A stretch of 45,489 nucleotides of DNA from Atractiella rhizophila (lineage: Eukaryota): assembly GCA_021432655.1 (NCBI GenBank), contig MU271283.1, positions 62,001-107,489 of the forward strand. The letters run 5' to 3'. Below are positions 16,727-28,763 of the stretch, in pieces. The translations under genes were made by a program, and so were the position numbers. Positions within the stretch are counted from its first letter, which is position 1, and every line of letters begins with the position of its first letter. Under the pieces are notes generated by a model. It was not told where the DNA came from. It did no database searches and worked only from the letters and a program-made list of their open reading frames with translations.

Positions 16727-17550
16727 AAGTCTGTTTTCTCGTCATTTCCGCATCAAATTTCCGTCTTCATCAGTTCACTTCATTTCCTCCTCTCCCATTT
16801 GATCAGACAAAGACAGACGTTTCGGTTCGGTTCTCTCGTTTTGGGGAAGATTCGATTTTTCAGTGCTCATTCCGCATCTATCGATTCTCTTCTCGAGGGA
16901 GGAACATCGAGTCAACATATCGGAAGTTTAATCAGTCCCCATTCCTTCTTATTTGCCTTTCCTCTTCACTTTCATGCAGATGGGGATCTAAATCGCGTCA
17001 AATCAGCAATTGATTGCATTCACTCGTCTTGTTTTCATCCTTTGCCTTTCGTGTGTTCAAAGTTCCCACAACCGATACACCTGCTTATCAGTTCCATTTG
17101 TCTCACAGATATCACTGAACTTTTCATTTCATCCTCCCAACGCCACTTAAACATTGATATCGTCAACTAAGTTCTGATTTGCTTTGTCGGTTCTCTTTTG
17201 GGATTCTGGTCGCTCCTTCTTTACAGTATCATTTCCTATGCAGCATATGATCTCCCTCCATCTACCTGCTCTTTAAATTCTCTCCTCTTCTACTTTTATA
17301 AGAAACCTTCGTTTTTGATCCCTGTTACTTGTATAACTTTCCCGTCGATACATTTTCAACGTTCACAGTTTGAAAGAAGAGAAATCATATGGCTAAGTTC
17401 AAGCTGTACTGTTTACTGAACAATAATAATTCTTCAGCGTCACCTCATACGTCCATGCGTGTTACAAACATGTGGTCTGCCGATTTTGATCTCAGGCGAG
17501 TTCGGACGCCGAAAGAACCAAACGACGACCAAGCTGGCCAACTTGTTGAG

Positions 17551-20500
17551 ATGTTTGAGCAGTCAATCTCAGGACTTATAAAATCGCTACGAGCGGTAAA
17601 GAATGACCCAGCTGGAGAGATTAAGGTGATAGAGAGCGCGAAAAGAGACATAGCAGTAGAGGTAGCAAGTACTGATCGGGATTTGAAGTGTGATGCTATG
17701 CTCAAAGCTATCTATGTAAGTGCTTCTCCAAATCACGAAGTAAGGTCTTTTGGATGTCAGAACACGCTGGCCAGGAGGTCTGATGTGGGAGCTGTTTCTC
17801 TATGACCTACATAAACGGATGGCGGACTAAGGTGTCCAGTTGAGAGCCACCTCACTGTCCAAGGAGAGTTTCTCGCACTTGCTCCCTCTGCGCTCTATGA
17901 GATTATCCGGTGTAAAGGTGTGAAAGTTTGACGGTCCCCATTTCCACTACTTTGGCATGATACTTATCCAATGAGACCCATTCAAGCGAGTTTTGCTGAT
18001 CCTTTCTTCCAGCTTGACATGCTTGGACATCGCACATTACACCAGCATCCCTTTCAGATCATTGAACTTATGTCATCCACTGTTCCGCACCATAAGCAAA
18101 CGGGGTATCTGGCGGCTGCTCAATCCTTCACTCCGAATACTGATACGTTACTACTCGCTGCGAATTTGCTACAGAAGGATCTCTCAACTTCTTCCGGCTC
18201 GCGGACATCAATCGCTCACTTCCATACAGTCCTTTCCAACCTCCCTTCCCTCCTCTTACTAGAACCTCTTTCACCAGGCGCCCTTGGGCTGGAAGCGCCA
18301 ACGCCAGGACGGCGGTCAACCATGATATCTCCACTATTATCCCATAGTAATCCTGGCATTCGACGGCTTACAATTCTTCTGCTTCACTCGCTGAAGCCAC
18401 GAACTATACAAATTCCTATTCCCCTCCTTAAACAGCTACTGAAGGATGAGGACACGTCCGTTCAGAGCGCGACCCTCAGCCTTGTGACAGAATTGGTGCT
18501 GCATGAGGACCCAAAAGAATACCTGGACGTTGCCCCGGAGCTATTCGCCATCCTTACGACTAGCTCCAACAACTGGATCTTGATCAAAGTCGTAAAGGCG
18601 TTCGCTCCGCTTCCAGCTGTGGAACCACGACTTCTGAAGAAGCTCGGTGGACCCCTCACTAACTTGATCAGTAACACGCCCGCCACGAGCTTGCTGTTCG
18701 AGTGCATAAGGACCTGCATCGACTGTGGTCTCATTGGTTAGCCTTTTCTCGCTTGTGCCAACGAGCTAACACATATGACTCGGTAGACGAAAACAATTCT
18801 GATGTTGTAGGCGCTTCTGCCTCATCGACTCTTGCACGAACCTGCATCGACAAGTTGGGCTCCTTCCTCCAATCCGGCGACCAGAACCTACGCTATATTT
18901 CCCTCGTGGCCTTGTCCAAAGTCCTCCGTTCTCACTCTCACCTTGTTGCACGACATCACTCCACCATTCTTTCCCTCATCGACGATCCTGACTCTACTAT
19001 TCGTTTACGCGCTCTCGATCTATTAGGAGGGATGGCGAACAGGCAGAACTTGATGGATATCACCAAACGGCTAATGGCCCATTTTTTCCCCGCTTCTAAC
19101 GCAGCCGAGAGGTCGAGTAGTAGCGCAATCGATCTTTTGAGCAAACAGCAGATGTCACAGAGCGAGAAGCTTGTCGCCGGATCGAGCGCGAAAGGCAGCG
19201 GAATCCCTTTGGTCCTGTCACCTGGGTACCGGAGTTCCCTAATTGGCCTCATCGTCAAAATTACCTCTGCGGATTCTTATGGAAATATAACAAATTTCCA
19301 TTGGTTCATTGATGTCCTCATCGACCTGGCGTACCTTTCTCTTTCCCTCTCCAACCTTTCGAGTAACGAATCCGGTGGTGAGAGCGTGAGTGAGAAGATT
19401 GCCGCCCAGCTCGTGGATGTAACTGCGAGAGTCAAAGGATGCCGTCCCTACGCCGTGAAAAAGCTGGAGCGACTGATCGATGATGAGACGTTCCTCGAGA
19501 ATTCTGCACAATCTAATCCCTCTTCGATACTGCACGGGACAGCGAGCGAGGGAGCGGAAATTTGGGAAGCAGCAGTATGGATCTGTGGAGAATATTGTAG
19601 GGATTCAGTGGCATCTCCTGATCAGACCATACGATCGATATTCAGAAAAGAGGTCTCCAATTTACCGACAAAGACTTTGACAGCAGTCGCGCATAATGGT
19701 ATCAAACTTATTGGAAAGTGGTTGGAAGCACTTGGAAATGGGGATCAATGGAATGAAGGGGACGCAGCTAGGGTAAGGGAGGGGTTGAGTCTAGCGGTAG
19801 AGCGTTTGGAGGAGTGGAAGTCTCAGGGAGATGTGGAATTGCGCCAGAGAGTGAGTGTTCCTTTCATGTTTTCCCTTCTTGATGATGACCTTTTGCATGC
19901 AGGCGGCTGAGTATGTGGCCCTTCTCAGGCTCGTATACCAAGGTCTCGACGTGCCAAATCGACTGCAATCGCATCCATCCAGCGAGACAACTTTGTACTC
20001 TGATCTAACATCAACCTACCAACAGTCCTCATTTCCATCGGATAATGAACCTAACCCCTTCTCAATATCCACTACCAAAGAGGTATTCGGACCACCAAAG
20101 TCCCTACTCCTTCTCGGCCCGCTGTTTACATCGCACGAACTGCCTCCAGTAAACGTCAAAGCACAATCTCTCATCCAAGCCCCACAAGGTTTAGACCTAG
20201 ATAGTTGGTGGTCACCTGATTCCGAGCTACTCAATCCGTCAAAATGGGAGGAAGTAGAAGAAGTCGGGATTGAACGAGATCCATACGGTCGACCACTAGG
20301 ATTGCCCGAACCGGTAGTACAGGAAGAGGAGACGAGGGTCAAAAAGAGGAAGAAGAAGGGAAAAGAAAAGAGTACCACTGCTGAAGATGATAATAATGAG
20401 GATCTGCAGCGAGCGGCGGAAGAAGATAGGAGGAGAGAGCAGCGAGAAGAGCGGCTTCGAAGGCAGGAGGACGATCCATATTATCTTGGTGGAAAGAAGA

Positions 20501-20802
20501 AGAGGTCCCGGAAGCCCAAAGTTGGAGCAGAAGCTGATGACGTGGAATCAATTCCGGTCGTCAAACTGGATTTCAACGAACTCGTTGCTCCTTCGGCACC
20601 ACTGATGGAGATGGAAGTAGATGTCGAGGGCGAGTTACCCGAGGGTATCGAAGTCCCCCAGCCGAAACCACCAGTGGAATCTAGAGTGGAAGCGAAGGAC
20701 GCACTGGAAGGGGAACTCGATGTTGGTGTCGGAGTGAGGAAGAAGGTGGTCAAGAAAGGGAAGGGGACGAGGAAGAAGAAGATTACGAGCTCAGAAAACT
20801 AA
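17551..20802 (+). CDS. APL5: AP-3 adaptor complex delta subunit, multi-exon
   Basis: MFEQSISGLIKSLR start; LDMLG...FQIIELMSS...KQTGYLAAAQSF; SSNNWILIKVVK; EPRLLKKL; PATSLLFECI; DQNLRYISL; IRLRALDLL; AAVWICGEY; ELPPVNVKAQ...PQGLDLD; ERLRRQEDDPYYL. All are typical of delta-adaptin. Confidence 0.95.
17743..17966 (+). ncRNA. Candidate intron-encoded structured RNA (H/ACA snoRNA-like) in AP-3 delta intron 1
   Basis: The intron spans 17716-18012 (297 nt) against about 40-70 nt typical here. Stems: AGGTC(17743)/GACCT(17804), ATGTCAGA/TCTGATGT and CGGAT(17816)/ATCCG(17905). An ANANNA H-box match (ACATAA, 17809-17814) follows hairpin 1 directly. Only an ATA variant, not ACA, follows the last hairpin. 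Confidence 0.45.
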
Positions 20803-20959
20803 CATCTCGTGCATATTAGGAACTGTACTAGCTGTCAAACATACCCAAGCCCAATCAAGCAACATGTACATTCATATTGATTACAGTATATTCCGCAGGT
20901 TACATCTTTGCACTTTCTGATAGAGAACTGTCTTTGTGAAGATGCTGTCTTCAGCTACT

Positions 20960-22342
20960 TTAATTATTATGAGACGTAGACGGAATCAACGTATTTGAAG
21001 GCAGGCTCTCATCCACCAACTTCTTCGCCTGGTCAACACCAACCACCGGCAACCCATTCGCATTTAAGAGGCCAAGCTGCATCAATACGCTTGCTTGATC
21101 CCAATAGATATGCTCGTTATAAAGTTTATCTCCTCTGATACAAACGATAGCGACCAGTGGCACCGACATCTATCCAAACCATTCATTGATGTTGGTCAGT
21201 TTCCTGCCACAGTTTGCTATTTCGGTTCAAGACGGCAACGTACTGGTTTACCAGTCGGGGCAACTCCAGGAAGCATCCAAGGGACTTCTTCGCTGTGCGT
21301 GAACGAAAAGATCATCTCATCTACCAACCTGTCACCGCCTATAGTTCGCGAGACGAGTGTGATCTGGGTATCCGGGGGGTTAGAGAAGATGAAATGATCC
21401 CTGTAGAATGCGGTGAGTCTCTCTCTCCCAACCCCACCTGTCATCTACAGCTAATAGTCACATTAAGTCAAACCTCTCGAACAAATGGACCAACTGTGGG
21501 TATATGATTGACGTATGGTTCCTCAACCATTGTATTCATGGTTTCCTCCACCGCTCTGTCGGAGAACTCGTACAAGATATGTTCCTCCCACACCTTCTCT
21601 AGATCGAAATAAGGGCCGCCGACATGCCTTTTGACAAAATCGAGAGAGCGAGAGTGAGCGATAGAAGAGGACGAGCGGTCATAGGTTGACAGAATTGAAG
21701 GTATCATAAATGTTGTCGAGTTTGTGGGATATGTGTACACTCGTTGAAGCCAACCTGTGGCCGGCGACGGCGGAGAGGATAAAGATGGAATATGAGCAAG
21801 CGTTGGATAAGAACTAGAGAGTAATGGCGCAAGTTCCGGTGCGTAAAGGACTCGTGGTCCCGTCGACACTATTGCCGTACACGATCAACATCTCTTGCAT
21901 GCTATTGCGACAGAAAATGGCGAACAGCTGTTGTTCAAACTGGACACATGAGCACAAGCCAGAGATCCATATGCTGTTTCATTTCTACTCAGTATAGGGA
22001 TATTAAGCGAAAGGAATATATGTACCGATCATTGCAATAGGCATCTTGCCATCAGTTTTCTCTTCTGCCTTCAGCAATCCCACCGCCTCCTCGACCACAC
22101 CTTTCATCTTCTCCATGGCACGATTTGTGCACAAGATAGAAGCAACAGCGAATCCCTTTCCTATAGTTTAGAAAGCAAATGATAGGACTGTAACTGACCT
22201 CTTCAGCCCACTTTTGTGGTGGCAGCGGTTCTAGCACTCCCTGTAACAATTCTTTTGAAGGCAGAGGTTCAGATAATAATATTATCAACCCAGGTCCGAT
22301 CCCCAATCTCGTTAATGGCATTTGCAAGGCGATTTCATCCAT
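20960..22342 (-). CDS. Fungal SnoaL-like/NTF2-fold protein (family usually annotated as carboxymethylenebutenolidase / dienelactone hydrolase), multi-exon
   Basis: GPYFDLEKVWEEHILYEF...ETMNTMVEEPYVNHIPT / MTGGVGRERLTAFYRDHFIFSNPPD...LVSRTIGGDRLVDEMIF...WMLPGVAPTGK / VPLVAIVCIRGDKLYNEHIYWDQASVLMQLGLL; N-terminal GPGLIILL...PPQKWAEE. Confidence 0.88.
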
Positions 22343-22957
22343 CGTGCTCAGAGTTGTCAGCCCACAAATGTCTGCGGTAACAACAGCTGTATTCAGCGAC
22401 AATTCACGGAAAAGACGAGACTTACCGCTCTTGTCTCATTCAACATCGGATCTTACAACCCTGTGAGCTTTATCAAATAACTAGTTATCAAATACATAAA
22501 CATGGAGCTTGAAGTCCATTTGGATATCACGTGAGGCACACACCAGCCTTCCCTCCAAAATACTACCTCAATTCGCAATCAGTACTTTGAACGGCGTGAT
22601 ATTAAACGTATCCTTTCTGGACTGACTTGAGTTGGAGTGTAACTTGTGCTCGGCTTAAGCAAATGTTGAGAGGTGCTCTAGCATAATTTGACAACCTGTC
22701 TCTGGGGAAAAACGAATCGGAAGGTATGGTTGTAGAATCCGGTAAGTTCTTGATTCTGCTATGAAACAGTCCTACTGGCGGGTGTTACTGGCGATGTGGA
22801 CGTGCAGTGCTCGTAAAAGCCGCTTCAATAGAAGTCTGCCTTGAAGTCCTGGCATCAGTCACGTGATCCAAACAATTTGGGTTACCAACTTCTTCCTTGA
22901 TTGCGTTGCAGTCTCGGTTCTCCATATCCTGATGCAACTTTTATTGTCTTAAATGCT
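22343..22957. promoter_or_regulatory. Divergent promoter region with two TCACGTGA palindromes (CACGTG 22528-22533 and 22860-22865)
   Basis: One full 8-bp palindrome lies near each of the two head-to-head genes. Confidence 0.45.
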
Positions 22958-25900
22958 ATGTTAACCTTTTATTCAGGCACGACAATCACGATTTCGGACA
23001 GTGATACAGACAGCGACAGTATCATTTTCGCAGGCGCATCCAGCCTCAAAGCTACTTCTAAACCTCTTGCTCCAACCGCTACCACATCGACCAATCCATT
23101 CTACTCTGCGCAGGTTCTGCGACCCACTTCACCCTCGACTTCTCGCTCCAATGTATGCGTACAGTCGTCAACTTCAAAACCGCCATCGACCTCAGTGTCT
23201 GCTACTTCCAACCCTCACCTAATACGCTCAAACTTTGGGGCGTCGACGTCACGGATACGAGTAACTTGCGACTCCAGATCCAATGTGAATATGAAGGGAT
23301 CCAATATCGTTCAATCTGCTGAACAGAATCCTGTTGGTCCGTCTGCATTGAAACATGGATTCCAGTCCATCGCGAGAAAGAATCTCGTACTCATCGACCT
23401 AGATGAAAGCAGTAGTGATGAGCGTAGTGAAATTGATGGAAATAGTGGGAGAGGAAGGATGGGGGTAGGTACGTGGCGGATAACAGCTGGTGACAGGCAT
23501 GCGACATGGACGGGGAAAGTGCAGGTAAGCGCCTTCGAGAATGATTGGAAGACGCATTTGAAAGGTGGAGGGACAGGAACGACCGAGCGGTGCGGAGGAC
23601 GAATTGGAGCAGGAAACCAAAGCCGATGTCATAGAGATTTCGGATGAGGGAGAGGACTGTCAGGAGCCGGATGAGGATGACGACGAACTGCGATATATCC
23701 CAAAGAAAAAGTTTCGTCGTCATGAGAAAACTACGCCGTATCAGAGGCAAGTGCGTTGCAGACCGGGCCCCTGTGCGCTTGTCATACTAACCTTGACCCA
23801 GATATCGATCTCAGAACACACCGCAAGACGCGATTGCTCCCCTTCCACCTTCCTCAACAACATCTTCTCGACCCCCTCCCTCCTCAGCTCACGACCACGT
23901 AGCCTCCATGTCGGGAATTCAACAGGTGTCGAAACGAGAGAATCTACATTTCGATCTCGAATGTCATCTATATCCGCTCGCTCAGACACTACTTCGATTG
24001 TGAGCAACTCCAGCCGTTTTTCTAATCGAGGTTTTCGACAACTTGGTGCTTCCTTCATGCTCTCGGCCGTCGCGAAGGCAGATTCCAAAGGAAGACCTCC
24101 TTCTGTTAGCTTGGCTTCAGAAAGAGCTGATCCTCTCCCGAACCAGATGTTCAGTGGCAGCTTAGATGCGAGCCAAATGGACACAGACGGGGGTTCAGAC
24201 AGAAAGGGAGGAGTGGAAGACCTGGACGAATTTGACCACGACGGCTTCTTGAAGTTGACGAATATCCAAAACGTCGATTCTCGCTTTCATCCTGTACAAT
24301 GGAAGCCGATAGAAAACACACCTAGTTTAGACCAGTCTCTTCCTGAAAGTGTTAAACCACTTGAGTTTGATCAGGATAGAGGTGCTGGGGCAGCACAGTT
24401 TCACAATGAGGATAGATCTTTTGAACATGAAGCACTGGGAAATAAAATGATGGATGGGGGACTTGGCTCTTCGAAGTTGTCATTGCCAAGGGCTTCCAAC
24501 ACTCAGTCTTACGTGCCATCAGCGGACGATGTCGAGATGACAGCTTCAGACTCCCGTGTAGGGAGGACCCCAGTCGCCCCTTCTTCCGTGACAGTAGGGG
24601 ACGTACTTTTGCCAGTCAGAGACGCTATCGAATTATTGCGTGAGGGATTGACCATGGGCGACGTGGGGCATCTTTACAGGTTGTCGCTGCAGAAAGTGGG
24701 TAACCACATTCACGAGTGCGCGAAGGAGAAAGAAAAGGACACCCGACGACGTTATCGATGGATTCTTTGGCAAACTGTTATTCCGGCAGATCAATTTGGC
24801 ACAGCGAAGTGGGAGAATGTGATGCATTCGTCCGTCCTATCTACTTTCCTTCTCCCTTTCTGAAAGAATACTAAGCTAGCCATTAGGTACAAACAATTGA
24901 TCAGATTCGGTAATCGTCCTCCTCAGCGTTCTGGTGTCCTGGTTCCTTCGCAGCCAATCAGAAAAGTCGATCCGTCACCGCCTATTATAGACGAGCTAAA
25001 GCCCATAAAGAAGCACGCTGCTTTGCGACGACGGGAAGAGAGGCTTCAGGAAAAAGAAAAAGCAGAAAAGATCAAAAGACAGGCTGAGAAGGAGGAACGA
25101 GTGCGGAAGAAGGAGAAGAAGAGACGCAAGAAGGACCGTCTTCGTGCAGAGCTTGGGAAGACTCCGATCCAAAAGTCTGAAGAGTCTTCCGTGTGCCTCT
25201 CAGACATGACCGCCCAATGCTCTGACTCGCCCAGCAAGGGCAAGAGGGTCGGACTGATGGCGCAACGAAATGCGTCAAACCGTTCCCCGAATCTCAATTT
25301 GGAGCGACACAAGTCGCGAGAGGCGATCCTCAGGATGTCGGTCTATAGGAAGCAGGAAATTGTTTCTGAATAGCGAGAAAGAATCTCGTACTCATCGACC
25401 TAGATGAAAGCAGTAGTGATGAGCGTAGTGAAATTGATGGAAATAGTGGGAGAGGAAGGATGGGGGTAGGTACGTGGCGGATAACAGCTGGTGACAGGCA
25501 TGCGACATGGACGGGGAAAGTGCAGGTAAGCGCCTTCGAGAATGATTGGAAGACGCATTTGAAAGGTGGAGGGACAGGAACGACCGAGCGGCGCGGAGGA
25601 CGAATTGGAGCAGGAAACCAAAGCCGATGTCATAGAGATTTCGGATGAGGGAGAGGACTGTCAGGAGCCGGATGAGGATGACGACGAACTGCGATATATC
25701 CCAAAGAAAAAGTTTCGTCGTCATGAGAAAACTACGCCGTATCAGAGGCAAGTGCGTTGCAGACCTGGCCCCTGTGCGCTTGTCATACTAACCTTGACCC
25801 AGATATCGATCTCAGAACACACCGTAAGACGCGATTGCTCCCCTTCCACCTTCCTCAACAACATCTTCTCGACCCCCTCCCTCCTCAGCTCGCGACCACG

Positions 25901-28467
25901 CAGCCTCCATGTCGGGAATTCAACAGGTGTCGAAACGAGAGAATCTACATTTCGATCTCGAATGTCATCTATATCCGCTCGCTCAGACACTACTTCGATT
26001 GCGAGCAACTCCAGCCGTTTTTCTAATCGAGGTTTTCGACAACTTGGTGCATCCTTGATGCTCTCGGCCGTCGCGAAGGCAGATTTCAAAGGAAGACCTC
26101 CTTCTGTTAGCTTGGCTTCAGAAAGAGCTGATCCTCTCCCGAACCAGATGTTCAGTGGCAGCTTAGATGCGAGCCAAATGGACACAGACGGGGGTTCAGA
26201 CAGAAAGGGAGGAATGGAAGACCCCGACGAATTTGACCACGACGGCTTTTTGAAGTTGAGGAATATCCAAAACGTCGATTCTCGCTTTCATCCTGTACAA
26301 TGGAAGCCGATAGAAAACTCACCTAGTTTAGACCAGTCTCTTCCTGAAAGTGTTAAACCACTTGAGTTTGATCAGGATAGAAGTGCTGGGGCAACACAGT
26401 TTCACAGTGAGGATAGATCTCTTGAACATGAAGCACTGGGAAATAAAATGATGGATGGGGGACTTGGCTCTTCGAAGTTGTCATTGCCAAGGGCTTCCAA
26501 CACTCAGTCTTACGTGCCATCAGCGGACGATGTCGAGATGACAGCTTCAGACTCCCGTGTAGGGAGGACCCCAGTCGCCCCTTCTTCCGTGACAGTAGGG
26601 GACGTACTTTTGCCAGTCAGAGACGCTATCGAATTATTGCGTGAGGGATTGACCATGGGCGACGTGGGGCATCTTTACAGGTTGTCGCTGCAGAAAGTGG
26701 GTAACCACATTCACGAGTGCGCGAAGGAGAAAGAAAAGGACACCCGACGACGTTATCGATGGATTCTTTGGCAAACTGTTATTCCGGCAGATCAATTTGG
26801 CACAGCGAAGTGGGAGAATGTGATGCATTCGTCCGTCCTATCTACTTTCCTTCTCCCTTTCTGAAAGAATACTAAGCTAGCCATTAGGTACAAACAATTG
26901 ATCAGATTCGGTAATCGTCCTCCTCAGCGTTCTGGTGTCCTGGTTCCTTCGCAGCCAATCAGAAAAGTCGATCCGTCACCGCCTATTATAGACGAGCTAA
27001 AGCCCATAAAGAAGCACGCTGCTTTGCGACGACGGGAAGAGAGGCTTCAGGAAAAAGAAAAAGCAGAAAAGATCAAAAGACAGGCTGAGAAGGAGGAACG
27101 AGTGCGGAAGAAGGAGAAGAAGAGACGCAAGAAGGACCGTCTTCGTGCAGAGCTTGGGAAGACTCCGATCCAAAAGTCTGAAGAGTCTTCCGTGTGCCTC
27201 TCAGACATGACCGCCCAATGCTCTGACTCGCCCAGCAAGGGCAAGAGGGTCGGACTGATGGCGCAACGAAATGCGTCAAACCGTTCCCCGAATCTCAATT
27301 TGGAGCGACACAAGTCGCGAGAGGCGATCCTCAGGATGTCGGTCTATAGGAAGCAGGAAATTGTTTCTGAATTTGATGGAGAATACCTCGATGCTGTGCC
27401 AGAGCCGACAGTCTACTCACAGGGCACAGACAGGTTGACAGTTGCCTGTAATGAGGAGATTGATCTCTCCCCAGGAATGCTGCAGGTAGAGCCGGAGGAA
27501 GACAAAGAGGAAGAAGGCATTGCGCAAATCAGCAGTCAGTTGCGTCGACAACTACGACTTAATCTCGACTCAAAGGTCGAGGACTTACAGCAAACTTTAG
27601 GTCGGCTATCTTCTTCTGAGCAAGAGTCCACTTAACGGAACGCTTTAGAGTCAAATCTACAAATCGGAGATGTGACGCCAGAACTCCACAACCAGAGACG
27701 CTTGAGTTATCCATATCAGGAAGTGCTCGACCGTGGTCCATTCTGGTTGGCGGAGCAATTTGCTGCAATCGAGACCCGGCCAAAATTGGGTGTCCCGAAG
27801 CCAAAGCGCCGAGCAAAACATAAGGGAAAAGTTCGTGTACCAGGACCATCCTCTGGAAGATACTATCATTTTCTGGTGCGTGCAACAATCCTGACAATTG
27901 GAATGTGTCCTAACGAGTGGTCGCTGCGATAGAGTAAACAACCGATCAGGGAGGAGGACATCTCAGATTCAGATGATGATGTGAGGCAGATGGAGTGGGA
28001 TGAAGAAATGCGCAACAATGTGCGTTCCGTTCCCACTTGCTTCTCAACTTGAATTTGTCTCTGCGGCAGGGAATCTCGAATTATCCATTCGACTACCGCT
28101 ACCTCTTGGTGATGCAAATCTGGTCGCGGCATTCTCGCCGATGGGGGTACTTTCGCTACCCTTCCTATCAGTACCTCATTGATGAGTCAACAATATTAGG
28201 CACTGGTCATTCAAAAGCTTTCCTGCCGCATGCTTCGATTTCATCCACGCACACGCAGATTTCATAATAGCTCAACAGCTCGAAATTCCGGTCAGTAATC
28301 TACTGCAGAAGTTCACGAAGGAAGATCTGCTTTCTGAATGGATGGGGGACGACTTGCTCAGCTTGATTGCGGAAGGGAAAACGGAACCAGATTGGGAAAG
28401 GGAGAAGAAGCTGTTCTTGAACCGCGTTGGAAGGGAGCAGAGTCTTGAGGAAGCACATAATCGATAG
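22958..28467 (+). CDS. Large low-complexity protein with a C-terminal VEFS-box-like (SUZ12/Polycomb PRC2) domain; interrupted in this assembly by a 2-kb duplication
   Basis: Splicing introns 27876-27932, 28020-28069 and 28147-28199 gives GRYYHFLSKQPIREEDISDSDDDVRQMEWDEEMRNNGISNYPFDYRYLLVMQIWSRHSRRWGHWSFKSFPAACFDFIHAHADFIIAQQLEIPVSNLLQKFTKEDLLSEWMGDDLLSLI. Stop TAG ends at 28467. The start codon is uncertain. Confidence 0.7.
23372..27372. repeat. Direct tandem duplication: exactly 2000 bp (23372-25371), one A (25372), 2000 bp (25373-27372)
   Basis: ORFs 23565-24863 and 25566-26864 are near-identical at offset 2001. Substitutions occur only in roughly the first 1.05 kb of the unit. The junction creates a TAG stop. 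Confidence 0.98.
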
Positions 28468-28763
28468 CACTCTTCCTCTTCAGGTATCTGGTGGAATTTT
28501 AACTCCTTCATTACTCCACCACAACCGGGGAAAACGCGAGCTTAATCATGCGCAGACAGTCAGCTGAATCACTTCCTCCTTGAACTCCTTTCCCGCTCCC
28601 GTTCCCTATCTCTTTCAGACCTCGTGGCATTCGGAGAATCGCGATGGGAGTGTATCGACTCCTTGTCCTCATCCTCAGGTGCCCCTCTCCGTCGTTTATT
28701 GCTATACCGCGAACAAGATTCAATATACCATACTACCTAAACAAAAAGACAAGGAAACCCAAA

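Noticed and set aside
17389..17550. N-terminal extension of AP-3 delta from ATG 17389
   Set aside because: Delta-adaptin homology begins at MFEQS (17551); the upstream in-frame stretch looks like promoter or 5' UTR.
17895..17935. TGAGATTATCCGG in the AP-3 delta intron resembles the CUGAGA..AUAC part of fungal intronic TPP riboswitches
   Set aside because: The downstream UUGAUCUGGAUAAUACCAGCG-type core is absent and the host gene is unrelated to thiamine.
17921..17940. GAAAG...GTCCCC as a possible RNase MRP conserved region
   Set aside because: The motif is not contiguous and no matching 3' GGGGCU partner was found.
23525..23564. Apparent frameshift between ORFs 22901-23647 and 23565-24863
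   Set aside because: A 40-nt GTAAGC...AAAG intron restores the frame.
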